From Gordius albopunctatus (lineage: Eukaryota), in NCBI GenBank assembly GCA_964276515.1, contig OZ193909.1, positions 9,052,001 to 9,116,000 on the forward strand: a DNA stretch of 64,000 nucleotides, in the 5' to 3' direction. Positions 20,801-35,800 of the stretch are shown here, piece after piece. Numbering within the stretch: position 1 is the first letter of the stretch; each line of letters opens with the position of its first letter. The position numbers and the translations under genes are program-made. The notes under the pieces were generated by a model. That model was not told the DNA's origin, did not search any database, and saw only the letters and a program-made list of their open reading frames with translations.

Positions 20801-23800
20801 AAAGTTGTTATTTTCAGACGTGATTTCCATGATAAGAAGTAAAAATTTATCACAATTAGATAACTACTACTTTGAAATAATCATCGCATATAGCATGTTT
20901 CAAAAATTCAGCACTCTAGTCGCGATGAAACAAACTAATCGCAACAATATAACATTGTCTTTATTCAAAATGATAGTTCTCGCAGCTTAAAACTTCTTAT
21001 AAGGAGTCGATCGAGATTAATCAGAATCTCAAATTAGCTTACTTTTATATATTTTTTCAAGCTCTTTTACATAAAATAACAAAAAATATATTTTTTAGCT
21101 CAAAGTATTTAAAATTATTTCCATTAAACCATATTCATCCGATGAAAGTTGTTATTTTCAGACGTGATTTCCATGATAAGAAGTAAAAATTTATCACAAT
21201 TAGATAACTACTACTTTGAAATAATCATCGCATATAGCATGTTTCAAAAATTCAGCACTCTAGTCGCGATGAAACAAACTAATCGCAACAATATAACGTT
21301 GTCTTTCCTCAAAATGATAGTTCTCGCAGCTTAAAACTTCTTATAAGGAGTCGATCGAGATTAATCAGAATCTCAAATTAGCTTACTTTTATATATTTTT
21401 TCAAGCTCTTTTACATAAAATAACAAAAAATATATTTTTTAGCTCAAAGTATTTAAAATTATTTCCATTAAACCATATTCATCCGATGAAAGTTGTTATT
21501 TTCAGACGTGATTTCCATGATAAGAAGTAAAAATTTATCACAATTAGATAACTACTACTTTGAAATAATCATCGCATATAGCATGTTTCAAAAATTCAGC
21601 ACTCTAGTCGCGATGAAACAAACTAATCGCAACAATATAACATTGTCTTTATTCAAAATGATAGTTCTCGCAGCTTAAAACTTCTTATAAGGAGTCGATC
21701 GAGATTAATCAGAATCTCAAATTAGCTTACTTTTATATATTTTTTCAAGCTCTTTTACATAAAATAACAAAAAATATATTTTTTAGCTCAAAGTATTTAA
21801 AATTATTTCCATTAAACCATATTCATCCGATGAAAGTTGTTATTTTCAGACGTGATTTCCATGATAAGAAGTAAAAATTTATCACAATTAGATAACTATT
21901 AATTTGAAATAATCATCGCATATAGCATGTTTCAAAAATTCAGCACTCTAGTCGCGATGAAACAAACTAATCGCAACAATATAACGTTGTCTTTCCTCAA
22001 AATGATAGTTCTCGCAGCTTAAAACTTCTTATAAGGAGTCGATCAAGATTAATCAGAATCTCAAATTAGCTTACTTTTATATATTTTTTCAAGCTCTTTT
22101 ACATAAAATAAAAAAAAATATATTTTTTTAGCTCAAAATATTTAAAATTATTTCCATTAACACATATTCATCCGATGAAAGTTGTTATTTTCAGACGTGA
22201 TTTCCATGATAAGAAGTAAAAATTTATCACAATTAGATAACTACTACTTTGAAATAATCATCGCATATAGCATGTTTCAAAAATTCAGCACTCTAGTCGC
22301 GATGAAACAAACTAATCGCAACAATATAACATTGTCTTTATTCAAAATGATAGTTCTCGCAGCTTAAAACTTCTTATAAGGAGTCGATCGAGATTAATCA
22401 GAATCTCAAATTAGCTTACTTTTATATATTTTTTCAAGCTCTTTTACATAAAATAACAAAAAATATATTTTTTAGCTCAAAGTATTTAAAATTATTTCCA
22501 TTAAACCATATTCATCCGATGAAAGTTGTTATTTTCAGACGTGATTTCCATGATAAGAAGTAAAAATTTATCACAATTAGATAACTACTACTTTGAAATA
22601 ATCATCGCATATATCATGTTTCAATAATTCAGCACTCTCGTCGCGATGAAAGAAACTAATCGCAACAATATAACATTGTCTTTCCTCAAAATGATAGTTC
22701 TCGCAGCTTAAAACTTCTTATAAGGAGTCGATCGAGATTAATAGGAATCTCAAATTAGCTTACTTTTATATATTTTTCCAAGCTCTTTTACATAAAATAA
22801 CAAAAAATATATTTTTTTAGCTCAAAATATTTAAAATTATTTCCATTAAACCATATTCATCCGAAGAAAGTTGTTATTTTCAGACGTGATTTCCATGATA
22901 AGAAGTAAAAATTTATCACAATTAGATAACTATTACTTTGAAATAATCATCGCATATAGCATGTTTCAAAAATTCAGCACTCTAGTCGCGATGAAACAAA
23001 CTAATCGCAACAATATAACATTGTCTTTCCTCAAAATGATAGTTCTCGCAGCTTAAAACTTCTTATAAGGAGTCGATCGAGATTAATCAGAATCTCAAAT
23101 TAGCTTACTTTTATATATTTTTTCAAGCTCTTTTACATAAAATAACAAAAAAAATATTTTTTTAGCTCAAAATATTTAAAATTATTTCCATTAACACATA
23201 TTCATCCGATGAAAGTTGTTATTTTCAGACGTGATTTCCATGATAAGAAGTAAAAATTTATCACAATTAGATAACTACTACTTTGAAATAATCATCGCAT
23301 ATATCATGTTTCAATAATTCAGCACTCTCGTCGCGATGAAAGAAACTAATCGCAACAATATAACATTGTCTTTCCTCAAAATGATAGTTCTCGCAGCTTA
23401 AAACTTCTTATAAGGAGTCGATCGAGATTAATAGGAATCTCAAATTAGCTTACTTTTATATATTTTTCCAAGCTCTTTTACATAAAATAACAAAAAATAT
23501 ATTTTTTTACCTCAAAATATTTAAAATTATTTCCATTAACACATATTCATCCGATGAAAGTTGTTATTTTCAGACGTGATTTCCATGATAAGAAGTAAAA
23601 ATTTATCACAATTAGATAACTACTACTTTGAAATAATCATCGCATATAGCATGTTTCAAAAATTCAGCACTCTAGTCGCGATGAAACAAACTAATCGCAA
23701 CAATATAACATTGTCTTTATTCAAAATGATAGTTCTCGCAGCTTAAAACTTCTTATAAGGAGTCGATCGAGATTAATCAGAATCTCAAATTAGCTTACTT

Positions 23801-26800
23801 TTATATATTTTTTCAAGCTCTTTTACATAAAATAACAAAAAATATATTTTTTAGCTCAAAGTATTTAAAATTATTTCCATTAAACCATATTCATCCGATG
23901 AAAGTTGTTATTTTCAGACGTGATTTCCATGATAAGAAGTAAAAATTTATCACAATTAGATAACTACTACTTTGAAATAATCATCGCATATAGCATGTTT
24001 CAAAAATTCAGCACTCTAGTCGCGATGAAACAAACTAATCGCAACAATATAACATTGTCTTTATTCAAAATGATAGTTCTCGCAGCTTAAAACTTCTTAT
24101 AAGGAGTCGATCGAGATTAATCAGAATCTCAAATTAGCTTACTTTTATATATTTTTTCAAGCTCTTTTACATAAAATAACAAAAAATATATTTTTTAGCT
24201 CAAAGTATTTAAAATTATTTCCATTAAACCATATTCATCCGATGAAAGTTGTTATTTTCAGACGTGATTTCCATGATAAGAAGTAAAAATTTATCACAAT
24301 TAGATAACTACTACTTTGAAATAATCATCGCATATAGCATGTTTCAAAAATTCAGCACTCTAGTCGCGATGAAACAAACTAATCGCAACAATATAACGTT
24401 GTCTTTATTTAAAATGATAGTTCTCGCAGCTTAAAACTTCTTATAAGGAGTCGATCGAGATTAATCAGAATCTCAAATTAGCTTACTTTTATATATTTTT
24501 TCAAGCTCTTTTACATAAAATAACAAAAAATATATTTTTCGCTCAAAGTATTTAAAATTATTTCCATTAAACCATATTCATCCGATGAAAGTTGTTATTT
24601 TCAGACGTGATTTCCATGATAAGAAGTAAAAATTTATCACAATTAGATAACTACTACTTTGAAATAATCATCGCATATAGCATGTTTCAAAAATTCAGCA
24701 CTCTAGTCGCGATGAAACAAACTAATCGCAACAATATAACGTTGTCTTTATTCAAAATGATAGTTCTCGCAGCTTAAAACTTCTTATAAGGAGTCGATCG
24801 AGATTAATCAGAATCTCAAATTAGCTTACTTTTATATATTTTTTCAAGCTCTTTTACATAAAATAACAAAAAATATATTTTTTTAGCTCAAAATATTTAA
24901 AATTATTTCCATTAACACATATTCATCCGATGAAAGTTGTTATTTTCAGACGTGATTTCCATGATAAGAAGTAAAAATTTATCACAATTAGATAACTACT
25001 ACTTTGAAATAATCATCGCATATATCATGTTTCAATAATTCAGCACTCTCGTCGCGATGAAAGAAACTAATCGCAACAATATAACATTGTCTTTCCTCAA
25101 AATGATAGTTCTCGCAGCTTAAAACTTCTTATAAGGAGTCGATCGAGATTAATAGGAATCTCAAATTAGCTTACTTTTATATATTTTTCCAAGCTCTTTT
25201 ACATAAAATAACAAAAAATATATTTTTTTAGCTCAAAATATTTAAAATTATTTCCATTAAACCATATTCATCCGAAGAAAGTTGTTATTTTCAGACGTGA
25301 TTTTCATGATAAGAAGTAAAAATTTATCACAATTAGATAACTATTACTTTGAAATCATCATCGCATATAGCATGTTTCAAAAATTCAGCACTCTCGTCGC
25401 GATGAAACAAACTAATCGCAACAATATAACGTTGTCTTTCCTCAAAATTATAGTTCCCGCAGCTTAAAACTTCTTATAAGGAGTCGATCGAGATTAATCA
25501 GAATCTCAAATTAGCTTACTTTTATATATTTTTTCAAGCTCTTTTACATAAAATAACAAAAAATATATTTTTTAGCTCAAAGTATTTAAAATTATTTCCA
25601 TTAAACCATATTCATCCGATGAAAGTTGTTATTTTCAGACGTGATTTCCATGATAAGAAGTAAAAATTTATCACAATTAGATAACTACTACTTTGAAATA
25701 ATCATCGCATATAGCATGTTTCAAAAATTCAGCACTCTAGTCGCGATGAAACAAACTAATCGCAACAATATAACATTGTCTTTATTCAAAATGATAGTTC
25801 TCGCAGCTTAAAACTTCTTATAAGGAGTCGATCGAGATTAATCAGAATCTCAAATTAGCTTACTTTTATATATTTTTTCAAGCTCTTTTACATAAAATAA
25901 CAAAAAATATATTTTTCGCTCAAAGTATTTAAAATTATTTCCATTAAACCATATTCATCCGATGAAAGTTGTTATTTTCAGAGGTGATTTCCATGATAAG
26001 AAGTAAAAATTTATCACAATTAGATAACTACTACTTTGAAATAATCATCGCATATAGCATGTTTCAAAAATTCAGCACTCTAGTCGCGATGAAACAAACT
26101 AATCGCAACAATATAACATTGTCTTTATTTAAAATGATAGTTCTCGCAGCTTAAAACTTCTTATAAGGAGTCGATCGAGATTAATCAGAATCTCAAATTA
26201 GCTTACTTTTATATATTTTTTCAAGCTCTTTTACATAAAATAACAAAAAATATATTTTTTAGCTCAAAGTATTTAAAATTATTTCCATTAAACCATATTC
26301 ATCCGATGAAAGTTGTTATTTTCAGACGTGATTTCCATGATAAGAAGTAAAAATTTATCACAATTAGATAACTATTAATTTGAAATAATCATCGCATATA
26401 GCATGTTTCAAAAATTCAGCACTCTAGTCGCGATGAAACAAACTAATCGCAACAATATAACGTTGTCTTTCCTCAAAATGATAGTTCTCGCAGCTTAAAA
26501 CTTCTTATAAGGAGTCGATCGAGATTAATCAGAATCTCAAATTAGCTTACTTTTATATATTTTTTCAAGCTCTTTTACATAAAATAAAAAAAAATATATT
26601 TTTTTAGCTCAAAATATTTAAAATTATTTCCATTAACACATATTCATCCGATGAAAGTTGTTATTTTCAGACGTGATTTCCATGATAAGAAGTAAAAATT
26701 TATCACAATTAGATAACTACTACTTTGAAATAATCATCGCATATAGCATGTTTCAAAAATTCAGCACTCTAGTCGCGATGAAACAAACTAATCGCAACAA

Positions 26801-29800
26801 TATAACATTGTCTTTATTCAAAATGATAGTTCTCGCAGCTTAAAACTTCTTATAAGGAGTCGATCGAGATTAATCAGAATCTCAAATTAGCTTACTTTTA
26901 TATATTTTTTCAAGCTCTTTTACATAAAATAACAAAAAATATATTTTTTTAGCTCAAAATATTTAAAATTATTTCCATTAACACATATTCATCCGATAAA
27001 AGTTGTTATTTTCAGACGTGATTTCCATGATAAGAAGTAAAAATTTATCACAATTAGATAACTATTACTTTGAAATAATCATCGCATATAGCATGTTTCA
27101 AAAATTCAGCACTCTAGTCGCGATGAAACAAACTAATCGCAACAATATAACATTGTCTTTATTCAAAATGATAGTTCTCGCAGCTTAAAACTTCTTATAA
27201 GGAGTCGATCGAGATTAATCAGAATCTCAAATTAGCTTACTTTTATATATTTTTTCAAGCTCTTTTACATAAAATAACAAAAAATATATTTTTTAGCTCA
27301 AAGTATTTAAAATTATTTCCATTAAACCATATTCATCCGATGAAAGTTGTTATTTTCAGACGTGATTTCCATGATAAGAAGTAAAAATTTATCACAATTA
27401 GATAACTACTACTTTGAAATAATCATCGCATATAGCATGTTTCAAAAATTCAGCACTCTAGTCGCGATGAAACAAACTAATCGCAACAATATAACATTGT
27501 CTTTATTCAAAATGATAGTTCTCGCAGCTTAAAACTTCTTATAAGGAGTCGATCGAGATTAATCAGAATCTCAAATTAGCTTACTTTTATATATTTTTTC
27601 AAGCTCTTTTACATAAAATAACAAAAAATATATTTTTTAGCTAAAAGTATTTAAAATTATTTCCATTAAACCATATTCATCCGATGAAAGTTGTTATTTT
27701 CAGACGTGATTTCCATCATAAGAAGTAAAAATTTATCACAATTAGATAACTACTACTTTGAAATAATCATCGCATATAGCATGTTTCAAAAATTCAGCAC
27801 TCTAGTCGCGATGAAACAAACTAATCGCAACAATATAACATTGTCTTTATTCAAAATGATAGTTCTCGCAGCTTAAAACTTCTTATAAGGAGTCGATCGA
27901 GATTAATCAGAATCTCAAATTAGCTTACTTTTATATATTTTTTCAAGCTCTTTTACATAAAATAACAAAAAATATATTTTTTAGCTCAAAGTATTTAAAA
28001 TTATTTCCATTAAACCATATTCATCCGATGAAAGTTGTTATTTTCAGACGTGATTTCCATGATAAGAAGTAAAAATTTATCACAATTAGATAACTACTAC
28101 TTTGAAATAATCATCGCATATAGCATGTTTCAAAAATTCAGCACTCTAGTCGCGATGAAACAAACTAATCGCAACAATATAACATTGTCTTTATTCAAAA
28201 TGATAGTTCTCGCAGCTTAAAACTTCTTATAAGGAGTCGATCGAGATTAATCAGAATCTCAAATTAGCTTACTTTTATATATTTTTTCAAGCTCTTTTAC
28301 ATAAAATAACAAAAAATATATTTTTTAGCTCAAAGTATTTAAAATTATTTCCATTAAACCATATTCATCCGATGAAAGTTGTTATTTTCAGACGTGATTT
28401 CCATGATAAGAAGTAAAAATTTATCACAATTAGATAACTACTACTTTGAAATAATCATCGCATATAGCATGTTTCAAAAATTCAGCACTCTAGTCGCGAT
28501 GAAACAAACTAATCGCAACAATATAACATTGTCTTTATTCAAAATGATAGTTCTCGCAGCTTAAAACTTCTTATAAGGAGTCGATCGAGATTAATCAGAA
28601 TCTCAAATTAGCTTACTTTTATATATTTTTTCAAGCTCTTTTACATAAAATAACAAAAAATATATTTTTTAGCTCAAAGTATTTAAAATTATTTCCATTA
28701 AACCATATTCATCCGATGAAAGTTGTTATTTTCAGACGTGATTTCCATGATAAGAAGTAAAAATTTATCACAATTAGATAACTACTACTTTGAAATAATC
28801 ATCGCATATAGCATGTTTCAAAAATTCAGCACTCTAGTCGCGATGAAACAAACTAATCGCAACAATATAACGTTGTCTTTCCTCAAAATGATAGTTCTCG
28901 CAGCTTAAAACTTCTTATAAGGAGTCGATCGAGATTAATCAGAATCTCAAATTAGCTTACTTTTATATATTTTTTCAAGCTCTTTTACATAAAATAACAA
29001 AAAATATATTTTTTAGCTCAAAGTATTTAAAATTATTTCCATTAAACCATATTCATCCGATGAAAGTTGTTATTTTCAGACGTGATTTCCATGATAAGAA
29101 GTAAAAATTTATCACAATTAGATAACTACTACTTTGAAATAATCATCGCATATAGCATGTTTCAAAAATTCAGCACTCTAGTCGCGATGAAACAAACTAA
29201 TCGCAACAATATAACATTGTCTTTATTCAAAATGATAGTTCTCGCAGCTTAAAACTTCTTATAAGGAGTCGATCGAGATTAATCAGAATCTCAAATTAGC
29301 TTACTTTTATATATTTTTTCAAGCTCTTTTACATAAAATAAAAAAAAATATATTTTTTTAGCTCAAAATATTTAAAATTATTTCCATTAACACATATTCA
29401 TCCGATGAAAGTTGTTATTTTCAGACGTGATTTCCATGATAAGAAGTAAAAATTTATCACAATTAGATAACTACTACTTTGAAATAATCATCGCATATAG
29501 CATGTTTCAAAAATTCAGCACTCTAGTCGCGATGAAACAAACTAATCGCAACAATATAACATTGTCTTTATTCAAAATGATAGTTCTCGCAGCTTAAAAC
29601 TTCTTATAAGGAGTCGATCGAGATTAATCAGAATCTCAAATTAGCTTACTTTTATATATTTTTTCAAGCTCTTTTACATAAAATAACAAAAAATATATTT
29701 TTTAGCTCAAAGTATTTAAAATTATTTCCATTAAACCATATTCATCCGATGAAAGTTGTTATTTTCAGACGTGATTTCCATGATAAGAAGTAAAAATTTA

Positions 29801-32800
29801 TCACAATTAGATAACTACTACTTTGAAATAATCATCGCATATAGCATGTTTCAAAAATTCAGCACTCTAGTCGCGATGAAACAAACTAATCGCAACAATA
29901 TAACATTGTCTTTATTCAAAATGATAGTTCTCGCAGCTTAAAACTTCTTATAAGGAGTCGATCGAGATTAATCAGAATCTCAAATTAGCTTACTTTTATA
30001 TATTTTTTCAAGCTCTTTTACATAAAATAACAAAAAATATATTTTTTAGCTCAAAGTATTTAAAATTATTTCCATTAAACCATATTCATCCGATGAAAGT
30101 TGTTATTTTCAGACGTGATTTCCATGATAAGAAGTAAAAATTTATCACAATTAGATAACTACTACTTTGAAATAATCATCGCATATAGCATGTTTCAAAA
30201 ATTCAGCACTCTAGTCGCGATGAAACAAACTAATCGCAACAATATAACATTGTCTTTATTCAAAATGATAGTTCTCGCAGCTTAAAACTTCTTATAAGGA
30301 GTCGATCGAGATTAATCAGAATCTCAAATTAGCTTACTTTTATATATTTTTTCAAGCTCTTTTACATAAAATAACAAAAAATATATTTTTTAGCTCAAAG
30401 TATTTAAAATTATTTCCATTAAACCATATTCATCCGATGAAAGTTGTTATTTTCAGACGTGATTTCCATGATAAGAAGTAAAAATTTATCACAATTAGAT
30501 AACTACTACTTTGAAATAATCATCGCATATAGCATGTTTCAAAAATTCAGCACTCTAGTCGCGATGAAACAAACTAATCGCAACAATATAACGTTGTCTT
30601 TCCTCAAAATGATAGTTCTCGCAGCTTAAAACTTCTTATAAGGAGTCGATCGAGATTAATCAGAATCTCAAATTAGCTTACTTTTATATATTTTTTCAAG
30701 CTCTTTTACATAAAATAACAAAAAATATATTTTTTAGCTCAAAGTATTTAAAATTATTTCCATTAAACCATATTCATCCGATGAAAGTTGTTATTTTCAG
30801 ACGTGATTTCCATGATAAGAAGTAAAAATTTATCACAATTAGATAACTACTACTTTGAAATAATCATCGCATATAGCATGTTTCAAAAATTCAGCACTCT
30901 AGTCGCGATGAAACAAACTAATCGCAACAATATAACATTGTCTTTATTCAAAATGATAGTTCTCGCAGCTTAAAACTTCTTATAAGGAGTCGATCGAGAT
31001 TAATCAGAATCTCAAATTAGCTTACTTTTATATATTTTTTCAAGCTCTTTTACATAAAATAAAAAAAAATATATTTTTTTAGCTCAAAATATTTAAAATT
31101 ATTTCCATTAACACATATTCATCCGATGAAAGTTGTTATTTTCAGACGTGATTTCCATGATAAGAAGTAAAAATTTATCACAATTAGATAACTACTACTT
31201 TGAAATAATCATCGCATATAGCATGTTTCAAAAATTCAGCACTCTAGTCGCGATGAAACAAACTAATCGCAACAATATAACATTGTCTTTATTCAAAATG
31301 ATAGTTCTCGCAGCTTAAAACTTCTTATAAGGAGTCGATCGAGATTAATCAGAATCTCAAATTAGCTTACTTTTATATATTTTTTCAAGCTCTTTTACAT
31401 AAAATAACAAAAAATATATTTTTTTAGCTCAAAATATTTAAAATTATTTCCATTAACACATATTCATCCGATAAAAGTTGTTATTTTCAGACGTGATTTC
31501 CATGATAAGAAGTAAAAATTTATCACAATTAGATAACTATTACTTTGAAATAATCATCGCATATAGCATGTTTCAAAAATTCAGCACTCTAGTCGCGATG
31601 AAACAAACTAATCGCAACAATATAACATTGTCTTTCCTCAAAATGATAGTTCTCGCAGCTTAAAACTTCTTATAAGGAGTCGATCGAGATTAATCAGAAT
31701 CTCAAATTAGCTTACTTTTATATATTTTTTCAAGCTCTTTTACATAAAATAACAAAAAATATATTTTTTTAGCTCAAAATATTTAAAATTATTTCCATTA
31801 ACACATATTCATCCGATGAAAGTTGTTATTTTCAGACGTGATTTCCATGATAAGAAGTAAAAATTTATCACAATTAGATAACTACTACTTTGAAATAATC
31901 ATCGCATATAGCATGTTTCAAAAATTCAGCACTCTAGTCGCGATGAAACAAACTAATCGCAACAATATAACATTGTCTTTATTCAAAATGATAGTTCTCG
32001 CAGCTTAAAACTTCTTATAAGGAGTCGATCGAGATTAATCAGAATCTCAAATTAGCTTACTTTTATATATTTTTTCAAGCTCTTTTACATAAAATAACAA
32101 AAAATATATTTTTTAGCTCAAAGTATTTAAAATTATTTCCATTAAACCATATTCATCCGATGAAAGTTGTTATTTTCAGACGTGATTTCCATGATAAGAA
32201 GTAAAAATTTATCACAATTAGATAACTATTAATTTGAAATAATCATCGCATATAGCATGTTTCAAAAATTCAGCACTCTAGTCGCGATGAAACAAACTAA
32301 TCGCAACAATATAACGTTGTCTTTCCTCAAAATGATAGTTCTCGCAGCTTAAAACTTCTTATAAGGAGTCGATCGAGATTAATCAGAATCTCAAATTAGC
32401 TTACTTTTACATATTTTTTCAAGCTCTTTTACATAAAATAACAAAAAATATATTTTTTAGCTCAAAATATTTAAAAATTTTTCCATTAACACATATTCAT
32501 CAGATGAAAGTTGTTATTTTCAGACGTGATTTCCATGATAAGAAGTAAAAATTTATCACAATTAGATAACTACTACTTTAAAATAATCATCGCATATAGC
32601 ATGTTTCAAAAATTCAGCACTCTAGTCGCGATGAAACAAACTAATCGCAACAATATAACATTGTCTTTATTCAAAATGATAGTTCTCGCAGCTTAAAACT
32701 TCTTATAAGGAGTCGATCGAGATTAATCAGAATCTCAAATTAGCTTACTTTTATATATTTTTTCAAGCTCTTTTACATAAAATAACAAAAAATATATTTT

Positions 32801-35800
32801 TTAGCTCAAAGTATTTAAAATTATTTCCATTAAACCATATTCATCCGATGAAAGTTGTTATTTTCAGACGTGATTTCCATGATAAGAAGTAAAAATTTAT
32901 CACAATTAGATAACTATTAATTTGAAATAATCATCGCATATAGCATGTTTCAAAAATTCAGCACTCTAGTCGCGATGAAACAAACTAATCGCAACAATAT
33001 AACGTTGTCTTTCCTCAAAATGATAGTTTTCGCAGCTTAAAACTTCTTATAAGGAGTCGATCGAGATTAATCAGAATCTCAAATTAGCTTACTTTTACAT
33101 ATTTTTTCAAGCTCTTTTACATAAAATAACAAAAAATATATTTTTTAGCTCAAAATATTTAAAAATTTTTCCATTAACACATATTCATCAGATGAAAGTT
33201 GTTATTTTCAGACGTGATTTCCATGATAAGAAGTAAAAATTTATCACAATTAGATAACTACTACTTTAAAATAATCATCGCATATAGCATGTTTCAAAAA
33301 TTCAGCACTCTAGTCGCGATGAAACAAACTAATCGCAACAATATAACATTGTCTTTCCTCAAAATGATAGTTCTCGCAGCTTAAAACTTATTATAAGGAG
33401 TCGATCGAGATTAATCAGAATCTCAAATTAGCTTACTTTTATATATTTTTTCAAGCTCTTTTACATAAAATAACAAAAAATATATTTTTTAGCTCAAAAT
33501 ATTTATAATTATTTCCATTAACACATATTCATCCGATGAAAGTTGTAAATTTTCAGACGTCTATTCCATGATAAGAAGTAAAAATTTATCACAATTAGAT
33601 AACTATTAATTTGAAATAATCATCGCATATAGCATGTTTCAAAAATTCAGCACTCTCGTCGCGATGAAACAAACTAATCGCAACAATATAACGTTGTCTT
33701 TCCTCAAAATGATAGTTCTCGCAGCTTAAAACTTCTTATAAGGAGTCGATAGAGATTAATAGGAATCTTAAATTAGCATACTTTTATATATTTTTTCAAG
33801 CTCTTTTACATAAAATAACAAAAAATATATTTTTTTAGCTCAAAGTATTTAAAATTATTTCCATTAAACCATATTCATCAGATGAAAGTTGTTATTTTCA
33901 GACGTGTATTCCATGATAAGAAGTAAAAATTTATCACAATTAGATAACTATTACTTTGAAATAATCATCGCATATATCATGTTTTAAAAATTCAGCACTC
34001 TCGTCGCGATGAAAGAAACTAATCGCAACAATATAACGTTGTCTTTCCTCAAAATGATAGTTCTCGCAGCTTAAAACTTCTTATAAGGAGTCGATCGAGA
34101 TTAATCAGAATCTCAAATTAGCTTACTTTTATATATTTTTTCAACCTCTTTTACATAAAATAACAAAAAATATATTTTTTTAGCTCAAAATATTTAAAAT
34201 TATTTCCATTAACACATATTCATCCGATGAAAGTTGTTATTTTCAGACGTGATTTCCATGATAAGAAGTAAAAATTTATCACAATTAGATAACTACTACT
34301 TTGAAATAATCATCGCATATATCATGTTTCAATAATTCAGCACTCTAGTCGCGATGAAACAAACTAATCGCAACAATATAACATTGTCTTTATTCAAAAT
34401 GATAGTTCTCGCAGCTTAAAACTTCTTATAAGGAGTCGATCGAGATTAATCAGAATCTCAAATTAGCTTACTTTTACATATTTTTTCAAGCTCTTTTACA
34501 TAAAATAACAAAAAATATATTTTTTAGCTCAAAATATTTAAAAAATTTTCCATTAACACATATTCATCAGATGAAAGTTGTTATTTTCAGACGTGTATTC
34601 CATGATAAGAAGTAAAAATTTATCACAATTAGATAACTACTACTTTGAAATAATCATCGCATATAGTATGTTTCAAAAATTCAGCACTCTAGTCGCGATG
34701 AAACAAACTAATCGCAACAATATAACATTGTCTTTATTCAAAATGATAGTTCTCGCAGCTTAAAACTTCTTATAAGGAGTCGATCGAGATTAATCAGAAT
34801 CTCAAATTAGCTTACTTTTATATATTTTTTCAAGCTCTTTTACATAAAATAACAAAAAATATATTTTTTAGCTCAAAGTATTTAAAATTATTTCCATTAA
34901 ACCATATTCATCCGATGAAAGTTGTTATTTTCAGACGTGATTTCCATGATAAGAAGTAAAAATTTATCACAATTAGATAACTATTAATTTGAAATAATCA
35001 TCGCATATAGCATGTTTCAAAAATTCAGCACTCTAGTCGCGATGAAACAAACTAATCGCAACAATATAACGTTGTCTTTCCTCAAAATGATAGTTCTCGC
35101 AGCTTAAAACTTCTTATAAGGAGTCGATCGAGATTAATCAGAATCTCAAATTAGCTTACTTTTACATATTTTTTCAAGCTCTTTTACATAAAATAACAAA
35201 AAATATATTTTTTAGCTCAAAATATTTAAAAATTTTTCCATTAACACATATTCATCAGATGAAAGTTGTTATTTTCAGACGTGATTTCCATGATAAGAAG
35301 TAAAAATTTATCACAATTAGATAACTACTACTTTAAAATAATCATCGCATATAGCATGTTTCAAAAATTCAGCACTCTAGTCGCGATGAAACAAACTAAT
35401 CGCAACAATATAACATTGTCTTTCCTCAAAATGATAGTTCTCGCAGCTTAAAACTTATTATAAGGAGTCGATCGAGATTAATCAGAATCTCAAATTAGCT
35501 TACTTTTATATATTTTTTCAAGCTCTTTTACATAAAATAACAAAAAATATATTTTTTAGCTCAAAATATTTAAAAATTTTTCCATTAACACATATTCATC
35601 AGATGAAAGTTGTTATTTTCAGACGTGATTTCCATGATAAGAAGTAAAAATTTATCACAATTAGATAACTACTACTTTAAAATAATCATCGCATATAGCA
35701 TGTTTCAAAAATTCAGCACTCTAGTCGCGATGAAACAAACTAATCGCAACAATATAACATTGTCTTTATTCAAAATGATAGTTCTCGCAGCTTAAAACTT

